A DNA stretch of 64,000 nucleotides from assembly GCA_013265495.1 (NCBI GenBank), contig MU063499.1, positions 930,001-994,000 on the forward strand, given 5' to 3'. The DNA is from Vicugna vicugna (Eukaryota). A model generated the notes under the pieces. The model saw nothing but the letters and a program-made list of their open reading frames with translations, searched no databases and was not told the DNA's origin. Positions 1 through 12,500 of the stretch are shown here, piece after piece. Each line of letters begins with the position of its first letter. The stretch's first letter is position 1. Made by a program: the position numbers and the translations under genes.

Positions 1-26
1 TCCCCTGGGAGTGGGATTTAAAGCCT

Positions 27-700
27 TCATTGTTGGGGGGGCCCTTGAGACTCAGGGGTTGTGTGTGTACTCAGAGAAGCTCCCGTACACAAAGGCTGGG
101 TCCCTTCCGTGTTAGAAGCAGGGTTCTGGATAGGGAGATGAGGAAGAACCTGTAAGAGAGTTTGGGAAGGTGTGGCCAGGAGGGAGGAGGTCACCCAGGA
201 GAAGGTGATATTCTGGGAGGCAAGTAGAGGACTTACTTCAGGAAAGAGGGAGGGCTCGGCACTATCAAGTCCCACTGCTGAGCAGGTGAGAGGAGGAGCT
301 GAGAGGTGGCTGTGGGATTTGATCACGTGGAGGCTGTTGTTGACTGTGGCCTGAGCAGTTTCTGTAGAGTGATGGGCAAAAGCCAGGCTGTACTGGTTGA
401 GAGGAAGGGAAGAGAGGAGCTGGAGGCTATGAGTGGAGACAATCCTCTCAAGGAGTTTTGCTTTAAAGAGCAGCAGAGAAACAGGGCAGTAGCTGAAGGG
501 AAAATGGGCCAAAGTTCTTCTTTCTTTTTCAGGATGTTTGTGTGGCAATTGAAATAATCCAAGTAGAGAGGTAAAAACGGACAGTGAAGGAAAGGGGAGA
601 ATTTGTGAAGGTGAGAAGTGGGCCTTGGGAGCAGGAGACAGGCAACATGGGGGGACAAATATCAAGAGGCCTTCGATGTACAGATTCCCATCCAAAGGCT
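27..700 (-). mobile_element. L2 LINE remnant, reverse-transcriptase region
   Basis: Minus-strand translation SYCPVSLLLFKAKLLERIV...HHSTETAQATVNNSLHVIKS...FSWVTSSL resembles the L2/CR1 RT (YRPISLLP..SKLLERVV...HHSTETAL.KV.ND). Confidence 0.8.
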
Positions 701-2409
701 CCCGCTTTCCAATGGCGAGCCAGTTGTCAGTGACAGTGAAAAGAGGGGAGTTCATGTTGGAGGCCTGAAGGTCAAGGAGAAGGTGTGAGGGATCATCTAG
801 GGGACGGGAGAGTGAAGGGTTCACGGACCTGTGTTGCAAGTGCGAGGTAACAATGACAGCCGCCATGTGGTATGTGGACACGCATCAGGCCTGTGTGCAA
901 GGAGCATTGCCCTTGCAGGGCAGACCTTGCTGAGGGCAGAGGACATTGTTTGTTTATTCACTGTCACCACAGCTGAGTTGAAAGTTAACTTGAATTTGGA
1001 TCCCTAATTGTCACATGAGAAAGACTACATTGTGATGCAACACTGAATTCAACTCACCATGTACACAGAAGTCTGCCTGTTATACATCACCCAAAACAAA
1101 CACAGTGGAAATTACTACACTTCTCAGAAGAAACCACGGACCTTGCACAGCCTGGGAAGGGGACTGCAGTCCCTTCACATGATGCCAAAGGCTCTCTGTA
1201 GTTTCTGATTAACTTTCAAGAGCTACTTTGAATAATTTAAGTAAAACAATGAAACTATGAATTTAACCAAGTAGGATAATTTCTTTATAATACTTAGAAA
1301 TCAGTCTATGAGAGGTCCTAGAGCCTGGATTCCAAGTGTGGGCCAGAGATGGCTGCTGCCACCATCACCCTGGGCCTCACAGCTGGTGGCAAAGGTGGCC
1401 CAGAGGGACTAGACTCAGACTGGTTATCCTATTGAAGAAGAAAGTGGTGGTCTGTGAGACTGGATGGATGGGTATATGCTGTTGGTTGATGAAAGAGACT
1501 TTTGACAGACATTTAACAGTGTTTCTTTTTTCTGGAAGAGTCTATTAGACTGAGGGCGTGTCTCTTCACCAGCAGTTCCTCGGAAGGGAGGAAGAACTGC
1601 CAAGTGTTTTGAGTGGGCCTCTCCCGGTGAGCTCCTCGTCTCCGCTCTGAAATGGCTTGTCCTGAGACATCTTACCAGTTGTACCAGTTGGCTCCTGAAT
1701 CTTTTTGTTAATCAGGTGGCCTTCATATAAGGGAGGCAGACGTAGAATCCCTTCCTGTTAGACCCTACAAGGGCCGGGAGCACTGGGCCGAAGAGGCCAG
1801 GCCAGGCCGCTTCACAGGTGGCTGTGGCCCGGGCTCCACAGTGGCTCTCAGCCAGGCTGCCCTGTCACTTGGTGCCCATATCTGCCCAAATGAATACAGA
1901 CTGAAATGAGTATAGAATTTCAGGAAAACAGTATGAAGCATTGCCTTTGGTTTTTCGTGCTCAGCCTCTTTCAAATTGGAAAGGGAAACCTGGCAGAAAT
2001 GAACTTCGGTTGCGTGAAACAAAAAGGAATGTAAAGGCATCGAGTTTAGCCTGATGATTTGCCTGCTACCTCATTGGACTCTCACAGCTCTGCCGGCTCG
2101 GCAGCAGCAGGGCCAGGTCAGGAGGGAGGTGGGGGTCAGGCACACTGGACCTCCCTCAGTGGTTCCTCAAGGCCTGGATCCTAGAACTATGGCCCCACCC
2201 AGCCTTGCACTAGCAGAAGAGTAACACTTCACCCATCGCGATGGATTGGATTGGCAGCAGGCCTGCTGGAAGACTGGCAGAAGGAAGACTCCTTTGTCCC
2301 TGCCAGAGATGGAATAACTAGGCATTGGAGTGCCTCCCCCACTCACTTCCAACTGTCTGGAGTCAGCCTCTGAAGGAGACAAGCCAGAATGGAAGAGACC
2401 TGCTGGCAC

Positions 2410-2950
2410 AGTAGCTCTAAACTTGAGCTGCATGTTGAAATCACCTGGGGAGGAAAAAAAAATACTAATGCCAGCATTCTGCCCCCACAGATTTTGATGT
2501 AATTTGTCTGGGGTGCAGTCAGAGAGTCAGAAATTTAAAAATCAGCCTAGATGTTACTAATGTGTAGGTTGAGAGTCTTGGTACTCAAAGTGTGGTGTGC
2601 AGACCATAGTAGAAGCATCACCTTAAGAGAGTTTTAAAAAAATGTTTACTAAGCAACTGTTTTATTTTATTTTAATTTTTTGGTGGGGGTGGGGAGGAGG
2701 TAATTAGGCTTATTTATTTATTTATTTATTTATTCTTATTTTATTTAATTTTTTTAAACTTTTTTTTTATTGAGTTATATTTATTTATTTTTAATGGAGG
2801 CACTGGGGATTGAACCCAGGACCTCGTGCATGCTAATCATGCGCTCTACCACTGAGCTATACCCTCCTCCCAACCTTAGAGATTTTTAAAAACACTGACT
2901 GCACCCCAGGCCTACTCAATCAGAATCTATACTTCATTGGGATGTAAGAG
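2410..2950. mobile_element. MER5-type hAT DNA transposon fragments (two adjacent pieces; the second is interrupted by a SINE)
   Basis: Diagnostic strings ctctaaacttgagctgcat..aatcacctgggga and tactcaaagtgtgg..gcatcacct...caccccaggcctactcaatcagaatct. Confidence 0.65.
2678..2871 (-). mobile_element. tRNA-Ala(AGC)-derived camelid SINE (Vic-1-like)
   Basis: Minus strand GGGTATAGCTCAGTGGTAGAGCGCATGATTAGCATGCACGAGGTCCTGGGTTCAATCCCCAGTGCCTCCA (A and B boxes), then an (AAAT)n linker, cctaattacctcc and an A-rich tail; imperfect TSD at 2621-2640 and 2874-2892. Confidence 0.85.
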
Positions 2951-3186
2951 GGGACACTCGTGGTCCTACCACATCACCTTGTGCTGAGGGTTCAAGTGGA
3001 AAATGCTTGTCAGGGCTCAACACGGGACGCAGTCTGCACTCAGCCAGTGTTGGTTGTGATGATGCCACCAGACAGAAAGAGGAGGTGGTGATGGGGCTTG
3101 GCAGGGTTACGTCAGTTGGTAGAGACCTCTGCAGGCGACTTTTCTAAGATGTGTTTCTAACATTGTTATTTTCAATGTCATTTCAG

Positions 3187-3595
3187 CACTTCCAGGAGAC
3201 TGGACCCCAAGGAGCCCCTGGGTAGCCAGAGAGCAGCTTCCCCAACCCCGAAGCAGCCTTCTGCTACTGCTTCTGGCCGCGAGAGCCCACGGGAGACAAG
3301 GGCACAGGGCCCAGCAGGCCAGGAGGCCGATGGCCCCCGCAGGACGCTGCAGGTAGACAGCAGGACGCAGAGATCAGGGCGGNNNNNNNNNNNNNNNNNN
3401 NNNNNNNNNNNNNNNNNNNNNNNNNNNNNNNNNNNNNNNNNNNNNNNNNNNNNNNNNNNNNNNNNNNNNNNNNNNNNNNNNNNNNNNNNNNNNNNNNNNN
3501 NNNNNNNNNNNNNNNNNNNNNNNNNNNNNNNNNNNNNNNNNNNNNNNNNNNNNNNNNNNNNNNNNNNNNNNNNNNNNNNNNNNNNNNNNNNNNNG
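3187..3595 (+). CDS. BSN: BSN exon 2 (N-terminal region and zinc finger 1, the latter largely hidden by N run 3383-3594)
   Basis: Acceptor tttcag at 3181-3186. Reads (S)TSRRLDPKEPLGSQRAASPTPKQ...RTLQVDSRTQRSGR. Donor G|gtaat at 3595/3596. The 409-nt length keeps phase with the next exon. The ORF track missed this exon. Confidence 0.93.
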
Positions 3596-6500
3596 GTAAT
3601 CACCTCTGCGCCGGCTCCCCTCACCCCACCCACCTGTCTTCACACGCCTCTCCTAATTCCCTTCCCCTTTTCACCAGTTCTCTTTTGCTGGCCATTTCCC
3701 TTGGCCATCAGCAGATGTATCTTCCTAGGGCTTGTATTCTGGCTCCAAGATGTAGTAACAGAGAACAAGTCCCGGCCCCCGATCTCCTGAGGGATTCCTG
3801 TACCTCCTGAAAGCTGGATCAGAGGCTCTGAAGAAAAGATGCTTTCTTACCTGGTCCAAGTTTGACCTGGAGAAATCGCCTTAGAGAGGGCCAGAGACAG
3901 TCTTAGGGACAACTTCTCCCAGTGGTTGCTCATTTGGAGAGGGCCACGAGCAGCAGCAGGGCCCAAAGGGAGGCATATCTGTCTCGCCCTAGGCCAGCCT
4001 CTCTTCCTGACAGTGAGTTCTGGAGGTGGATGCCGGTGAGGGGAGCAAGGTGTTAAGGGGGTTAGGAAACTGCCTTCCACCTGGGCTTCTGTTCTAGTTA
4101 GCAGGGGCCTGAGGGGGTGGAACAGCTACCAATCCTGAGAAGCGGCCTTGGGGTAAAGTAGAGACCCAGGCTGGGGGCCAAGCACACAGTGATGACAGTG
4201 TCCTACACTCACAAAGAGGCCACGACAAGGCCATTTCTGTGAGACTGGCCTCCTTTCTGCCCCAGGGGACCCTGGGGCCCCAGCCCCACCCCAGCTGTGT
4301 CAAGATGCTTTGAGTTGCTGTGGGATGCTCAGCCAAGCCCCTGAGGCTCTCTTTGGTGCTCTGGAGCCTGGGTGCTTCAGTATATTAGCTGAGCTGGGGC
4401 CATGCCTTTGAAATGAGTGGGTTTGCTGGCTTCCCCCGTCTCCTCCTGGGTAACCCAGAGAAGCCTCTGGTTTTCCCCTCAGGGCTCTGCCCATGGGCAG
4501 GATGGGGAGTGACTGACTGCCTGGCTGCCTCTGGGATTATCAGCAGCAGGAGCCGTTTGGACCACATGAGTGGGGGATGAGTGAGAATGAGTGAGAATAA
4601 CTGTTCACAGGTCGGGGGTCTATTTGTGACAAGAGGTGCTGTGGGTGTGGGACGTGTGGTTTGCGAGAGGTAAGTGTGAGATTCCGAGGAAGGAGCTGCC
4701 GGTGTGGGGAGATGACTCAGTGCATTTGGAGTCGCTCCTGGAGTGCGGGGGCTTCCTGAGGAGGCGTGCACACTCGTGATTATTACATCTGTGATTAGAA
4801 ACAGGCCCATCCCTGCACTGATCAGTTAGGTAAGTGTTGCTCTTCAATATTTAGAACCTTGTGATTAAGGCCAGGGAAGTTCATCTGTGTGTTTCTGCCA
4901 GCAAGATGCCAGAAGCACCCGGCCTCACAGGAGCAGGGAGGCTTGGCAGGCAGGGATGAGAGGCTGCCACGGGGATCACCCCCTTGGGCTTGCCTTGTCC
5001 CCCGGGTTCCAGCCTCCCTGAGACACTTACTAGAACAGCAGGACCTGAACGACTCTGGATGGGGTGGGCAGAGATCAAGGGTGATCCACACGTGGTGGCA
5101 CCAGTTTCCTGGTGGGCATCCCGGTCCTTCCCACACAACAGGCTCCCCCAACCTTCGGTGCAGTGGGAGGGGAGCCAGCCTTTGGCTGTGCCTGGAAAAA
5201 CAGCAGAGTGGGAGGACCTTGGCGACACCCGTTCCATCTGCCTCATTGTGCTGGGAGGAAGCCGAGGCTCAGGGCCAGGAGGAAAATGGCCTCCACCTTA
5301 CTGCAGATTCACAGCGTTTGCTGAAGAGTAGGCCTCCTGGCCAGGTACTTCAAGACACATGCAGGAGCCTCAAGACAGGGCTGCCGCTGGCGGCCTTTCC
5401 CAGACTTGCTTTCACAGAACATTAGGGGCTGCTGTTCCATGGCACCCAGTTTGAGAAATGCTGACCTGGTCCATGCTTCACGTTCTCACCTGGTGGAATG
5501 CCTTTTTCTGCAAGGGTTTCCAAGCAGAACCATTTCTTCTCTAGGGTTGGCTTTCAATGGCTGCCAAGGAAAGAGACCCATCAGCCCATTTTCCTGAGGG
5601 GCCGGCAGAGCCCAGTATTTGAGTCAGAGCAGTTGCCCTATGTTGCTTTGCTAAGAGCCAGCGCACCTCCCTGGTCAGGCTTGCGCATAATGAGGAAGCA
5701 AGTTTGCAGGTTCTGCTCACACACCTGCTGATAGATGCACCCCGGTGGGACCACATCTGGTCTGGCCCCTCTGTCATGATGTTATGTCAGCCAGGAAGGC
5801 TGTTTGTGGGATTGCCCTGGTGTCCTGGGCTGGGGTCCTGCCCGGCCTGTGGTTCTGGGCAGCACAAGGGCGGGTTCTGAAGTCAGGCGTGTGTAAGTGT
5901 AGGTGGCAGGGGCTCAGGCAGAGTGATCTTTTCCAGGAAATTCAACTCCAGCACTCACTTCCTTCTTTGATTTCTCACTTCCTAGGTGGGGCCCAGCTGG
6001 AGTGGGAAAGAGCCAGAGGACTGCGGTTCCCAGCCCAGCTGCACTGCAGACACTGGGCACTGGGGAGCTTCATGGGGGCCCTGTCTGTGGGGGCAAGGTT
6101 GTGCCTGAAACTGCTGGTGTGGTAACGTGGGGTAGCCTGGGTCCCGCATCCTGCCTCAAGGGTCACAGAAGCCTCACTAGGGCAGGGAAGGGCAGGGCAG
6201 CAGGATGCATTTCTCCTCAGCTTCTCACTGGCCCAGAGAGAGGTAGAGCATTCCTGGAGAGGGACAAGGCCACACAAGTGACGTGGCCACACAAGTGACA
6301 TGGAGGGGTTCACGGCCACTCAGATCACTAATGAAGCTGTTCTTGGATCTTTGGAAATGTGACCATGGAAAATGGGCCTTTTTTCACGTGTGTCAGTGGC
6401 TAGTTTGTAACTAGAGTAGCAGCACAGGTTGGGAGCGTGATAGAACTGTTGTGCTGAATGGCTGCATGAGGACAAAGGAGCAGAAAGAAGGGGAAAGACT

Positions 6501-9500
6501 GGTGCTGCTGGGCCGATGGGCACCAGAACTCAGTGTTTTGGTTTTTCTGTCTCATGGCATCTGTCAGGGTCTTATTACTTTAGCTGGGTCCTCAGAAACA
6601 GCATGCCAGGGCTGGAGATGAGAATCACATACAAGTCAGCCCCAGTTGGCCAGAACAGTGTCTGCTCTTCTGGCCGGTGGACCCAGGGGCTGACCAATGG
6701 GTGCCGCGCTCACACAGACACGGCGCTTGCTGTCCTGCTGTGCCCAGGTTGGCCAGCTCTCGAGGCAGAGGCAGGGTTGACTGGATGCCTGTGCTTCCTG
6801 GTCAGATCAGCAGAATCCTCTCAGAGCACCACCTCCAGTGAGGCCACTGCCCGCATCTGGGAGGCCCACCTTCTTCCCCTCATCCCCACCCTTCCGAGTC
6901 CAGGCAGCCCGTCTGCCATCCACCTCCCTTGCTCTAGTCAGAATCGCTTATAAGCCCCTCTAAGGAAACTACAGAACGGTGAGCGTAGTCTTTCTTCGCC
7001 TGTTCCAAGGTCTAGGCTCTGCTGAGACCAAACCAAAACCAAGCTACTGTGCTCACCCCCATCCCCACCCCCTGGCAAGCCTTGGGCTCAGGCACTTACC
7101 CAGGGTGGGTGGTGTGGAGAAGGGAGGGAGAGATGCAGTGGCCACAAGCGTCTTCCTCTCCTGCCTGCATCCTACTCTTTTCCGGCAAGGGCCGGGCCAA
7201 CAGATGGTCCGGGGGTGGTGCTGTGAATGCAGCCCGGATCCCTCTGCTGCAGCCACCAGCCTTGCCCCCTTCCCTCTGCTCCCTCCTGGCCATACTGCCG
7301 CCTGGGCCAGTGAGGAAAGAGGAGCAGGTGTTAGAAGGACTTGGACGGTAGCGGGCTGAGGAGAGTCAAAGATGTCCTCCTCCTTCCTGGGCCCAGGCTT
7401 CCCCTTTTCATCTCCAGGTGGCAGGCCCTTTAGGAGGCCTTTTTCCCACTGAACATCTAGACTTGGGGTGGTTTGCCTGGCAGTAGCCACTTTGACCCAA
7501 ACAATTTCTGAGTCAGTAGGGAAATGCTCCCCAAACTTCAGTCAGCCCTGGGCAGCTAACCTTGTTGTCAGTCCCTGTTTCCAGGAGATAGGCCTCTCAG
7601 CCTCCTCTTTTGGGCCCCTGTGGGGAGGAGGCCAGAGGCACTGGGGCATTCGGAAAAGTAAGCTATTCACAGCTGCGGCCATCAGGCATGGAATTCTTAA
7701 CTTTTAGCTATGAAAGGGGGCTATAAAGTTATCTAAGATTGAATGTAAAATTAAATCAGAACACAAAATATGAAATTTTATTCCTAAAACACTGGCTTTT
7801 ATAGATGAGGGTCAAAGAAACAGAAAGAAGAAAGAATGGAGTAAAAAAAACTGGCAGAAAGAGAGAAGTAAAGTGGAAGCAGGGAGAGAAGGGACAGGAG
7901 GGGAGAGGCGGGGAAGGGAAGTGATGGAGGGGCAAGTGACCCGGAGGCAGGAAGAGGCAGAGGCGGAAAGCTCAGTAAAGTAGCCAGTTGCTGGCTGGTA
8001 ACCTGTTGATTCTGCTGTTTCTACGAATCTGTTAGCTCAGCCTTTGGCCTGAGCAGCCTGGCTTGTTTCTACCCAGTCAGAGGGTGGGCTTCTCCCTTCT
8101 TCTCATCCTTTGTTCCTCCCCAATTGCTTTCTGAGTGCTTATGATAAGCCAGGAACAGTCCTCGACACTGGAGAGGCAGGCAGAGCTGAAGCAGGTGGGT
8201 TGTTCAGCCGTGGGGAGCCTGTAGGCCAGGGGGAGAGGCAACCCTTCCATCAACAACCACACCAGCAAACACACAGCCATACCTGGAGGGCAGGGCTGTG
8301 GAGGACCAGGAGTTGAGGTGGGGATTGGCGCTTGATGTTACTCTGCCACAAGACTCTTGGGAACTTCTCCCAGGAGGAGAAGTTAGGCTGCAGATGTTAG
8401 ACTGAAGCTGGACTGGAGGCAGGTGGAGGCAGGGAGACCTGAGGGGAAGAGTGAAGTCCACGTGAGGGCCTGGGAGCAGGTGGGGTCCAAAGTGGTTGGG
8501 GTACCATAAGTCAGGACCAGATGGCAGGCAGATCCTGCTGGGCTCTCCAGATGTGATTTCCAGGTTTTGGAAGGCAGCAATAGGAAGGTCAGGTGGGTGT
8601 TGAAAAACACCTCTTTGGGAATAGATAATGGTGAGTGTTACACATTATGAATGTAATTAATGCCACTGAATCAACACTTAAAAATGATTCAAGTGGCACA
8701 TTTTATGTTTTATTTTACTCCCTTCATATATGTACACACACACACACACACACACACACACGGGATCATGACAGATGCCTGGTGTATTTTGGAGGCTAAA
8801 CCCACAGGTTTTGGGAATGTAGTGGACATGGGGGTTAGGAGATGGAGATTTCTTCTCTTTGGGCCATGTCAAGTTGGAGGTGCCCGTGAACAGCAACAGG
8901 GTGACAAAGCTAAGACCAGGCGGGGGCCGGAGACCTTGGAGAGTCACAGCCATGTATTGACATTAGTATACTTGCAACTAAATACTTCAGCAAGCATATC
9001 ATTAGTTAGAGATCAGTATTTGTTTAAGGTTTTTAACATAAAATTTACACAGAATGAAATATACAAAACTTAAAAGTCCCATTCAGTGAGCTTTGATAAA
9101 AGTGTGCACCTGTGTCAACCAAAACCCACCTGTCAAGAGAGACAATATCGCTGTCACCACAGAAAGTCCCTTCAGGCCCCATCCCTGTCCATCCTCACCC
9201 TCTGCCAGACACAACTGCTGCTCTAATTTTTATCCACCATCACTGAGTTTTGCCTGTTGCAGGCAAATGGCAGAATGCACTCTTTCGTGTAAGGCTCCTC
9301 TCACTCAGCACAGTGGTTTCTGAGCTGCATCCACATGGCCAACTCTTGAGAAGCTTGGCTGAGAAGGGGAGGAAGGAGCATGGGCGGTAATGAGGCAAGG
9401 TGTGCAGGCAGGAGAGGGTTTCTGAAACGCAAAGGACAGTGGTGTTGTCTGAGTCCTGAGAGGGAAGAGATGCCTAGGGATGTGGAAGATCGGGCGTAAT

Positions 9501-12500
9501 TGAAGGAGTGGGGCCCCTGGAAGAGGCAGGTCTGGATCCTGAGTGTGGAGGAGGCATTCTGTTGTGTGGCACACTGGAAGCAGGGCCATCATTTGAGCCA
9601 GAAGGCAGGGGAAGGTGACAGGCCAGGACAGGGAGGAGAAATTGAACCAGCCGATATGGAGGAAAGCTTCCTAGAGAGATGGAGTGAGTTAACCGGGCAG
9701 CTGTACGGGCCCAGGAGAAGCTAGGACATAAGTTAATTTATAGTGAAGCCCATTTGCCTAGTGCCCATTCAGCTGTTAGGGTGCAGGCAGGGAGAAAAGG
9801 TGTGCAGCTGGATCTGGTTCTGAAGCAGACACAGGTCAAGAGAGCGCAGGGCATTTAGCAGAGTGTGACCAGAACGACAGACCACGGATTCAGCCGGGTG
9901 AGAAGGGATATGAAAGCAGAGGGCCCACGGCCGAGCAAAGCAGAGGCTCGGCAAGAGAGTCTCCACAAGGCTCTAGGGCTGCTGTAGTCGGGAGGCCTGG
10001 GAAATGACCTCAAGGCTGGAAGAGGACAGGCGCGGGGGCGATTTTGGAGGAGAGACCATTTTGGACAATGGTCAGTTCGAGGGTGAGGCTGAGGGATAGA
10101 GGTGTCAGGTGGGTCAGCCACATGGCTGCCATCTGTGGTGACTGTGGGAGTCAGTTCAGTGGAGGCCTGAGAGGCAAGGGCCAAGGACTTTTGAGAACCG
10201 GAGGCCGTGATGAAGGGGCCGGGAAGGCAACAGCAGCCAGGAGAGGAGCAGGGTGGGGAAGCCAAAGGCCGAGCCCCGAGGGTCCCGGGGATTTTGAAGA
10301 CAGGGTGAACCACGTTCTGGGGTCAGGGGAGCACAGCTTCTCCTGGCGAGGGGACCAAGAGGAGTGTGGACTTGGGGTGTGGGGAGTTGACTTGGTCCTG
10401 GACAGAAGATTTTATAGGGCACAGTGAACAGGCCAGGGAGGGAGGGAAGGCCCTCTGGAGCAGGGTCAGGAGAGTTGAGGGATGTCAGAAGGTGGAGAAG
10501 GATCAGCAAGGGGATGGATTCTCTCCCTTTCACGAAGCTCCAGGCTAATGAGGCCTTCCAGCCCTAAGCAGCAATTAGGTTTAGCCTCTACTACCGAAAT
10601 CTTGGCCTCAGATGCTGGGCAGATTCCCAGGGCCTCCCTCAGGGTCCCAACCTGCTGAGATTGTCACAGTCCTCCCCTGTGGGCCAGGCCTGGCTGACCC
10701 AGCTCTGGATCAATGTGCCCTGCCCTAAGGGACCCTGTGGTGCCTACCCCTAAGCCTGAGGTCAGCCAGCTGATGGGCAAAGCAGGTCAGTAGCAGACTT
10801 CGGGCAGCTGGATGCCTGGTGGAGCACATGATGTGCCCAATGCCATGGGCAGTGCGAGGGTGCAGGCCAGCCCTTGTCCTCGGCTCACAGTGGGTTATGT
10901 GCCTCCTGTCGAGGCGTGGCCAGTGATTCATAGCCCGGAAGAGCACGGAGCACATCGGCCAGTGGGGGACCCTCCCAAGAACCTCTGGATTTGGCACCAG
11001 CAGGGAAGGCTGATTTATAAGCTGGTTCTGTGATGTTTCAACTTGTACAAAAATGGAAAAAAGCATGAATGCAGCATCAGGCATGATGTCAGTGCGGTGA
11101 TCCGACACACTGAGTCCCTGCTCTCCCAGGGAGGGCTGGGCCTTAGAGGCACAAGCCGCTGCTCTCTGCAGGAAGACAGGCTAAGTGACGTCTTCTTCCT
11201 TGCTGGTGGGGAGGTGGGAGGGGACGGTGGAAAGAGAATCTGTTACGGCTGGGGGTCCTCAGCGCTTCTTGGCAGCAGTGGAGGTGACAGCACTGCAGGC
11301 TCCACCCGGGAGGAGAAGCAGATTCCCCGGGCAGCATTCTTTGGGGCCAAATATGACATGCAAGGCTAGATCCCACCATTTGGGGCTGAGGCACAGGGTG
11401 GCAGTGCCACCTGTGTCCCTGTGGGAAAAATGTAGAAGCCCCCCTTAAGAACTGCCACCACCCCCTTCCTACCCCCGAGCCCATTAGAGAGGGAACCACG
11501 GGGAGTAACTACGCAGACAAATCATGGCTGACTGCTCATTCAACACATGGTTCACAGAGCTCCCAGCTGGTCCCCAGGCCTCTGGATTCTCTGGTGCCAC
11601 CTTAGCTGCCCTTCTACACATTGAACAGTAAGGGAGCAGCTAAGAAGGGCTCTTCTTGAGGAGACAGTCCCTTCAGAGCCACAGAGCCCACAAGGCCTGC
11701 TTTACTGAATCCCTAGCAGGCTCCTGGCAGAGCAGGCAGTGGCTCCCGCTTTCCTGTAGCTTCTGCTTCCCCCACCTCCAAACCAGCTCTTGGCCTGAGC
11801 CTGCCATTCCCTACAACTGCTCAGGCCCCCACTGGGCTGAGATGGCAGGATGGGCCTCCTTACTGGCAGGAAGGGTCAGCTTGACAAAAGCTAGTGTCTG
11901 GCAAAGCCATCCATCTCCATCTCTGAGTAAGCCCCGGGAAGCCCCCTTAGCTCCGCATCTGGGTCTTGGGGCATGAGGTCTATGACCCACTCTTCTCCTG
12001 GCCAAGAGACAAGAGGACTTGAGGCAAGGTTCCCTGTTGCACTGGTAGAAGGCCATGCCCTCTGATTCTGGTGTCTAGCCGGCTAGGAGGGTGCCCAGAA
12101 GCCACAGACACTGTTCAGCCGAGGAAGCCTCTCACTGCTGCTGGTCCCGGGGTTTGGGGGAGCTGCCACAGGCCTGGTCATGTATACCCAGCCTAGGTGG
12201 GCAGGTGGCTGGTGGTGCATAGCCGTCTCTCTCCCTACCCAGTGGGACAGCCTTCATCCCCCTAACACGGGGTGAGGACCTTGGAGAGGGTGAGGGTGAG
12301 CTCCTCCCAGCAGGCTCCTGGGGGTCTGTGGGGGAGGCAGAAACAGAAGTCTTACTATGTTCAGAGAGATCCCCCAGCCAGTGTCCTCCTTGGGAGCCTC
12401 GTGTGCTGGGCCTCTCTGCTGGGCCCGAGCCTGGGAGGGGCTGGGGGAGGGCACGGTCAAGGCTTCTCACTGTCTGGAAGAGGCTGGATAGAAATAGCTG

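Noticed and set aside
2795-2864. Apparent tRNA-Ala(AGC) gene on the minus strand
   Set aside because: The anticodon stem has two mismatches and the acceptor stem is bulged. It continues into a SINE linker, A-tail and TSD, so it is a SINE head.
4385-4810. Possible L2 endonuclease remnant (minus-strand ORF)
   Set aside because: The similarity to APE motifs is too faint to support without an alignment.
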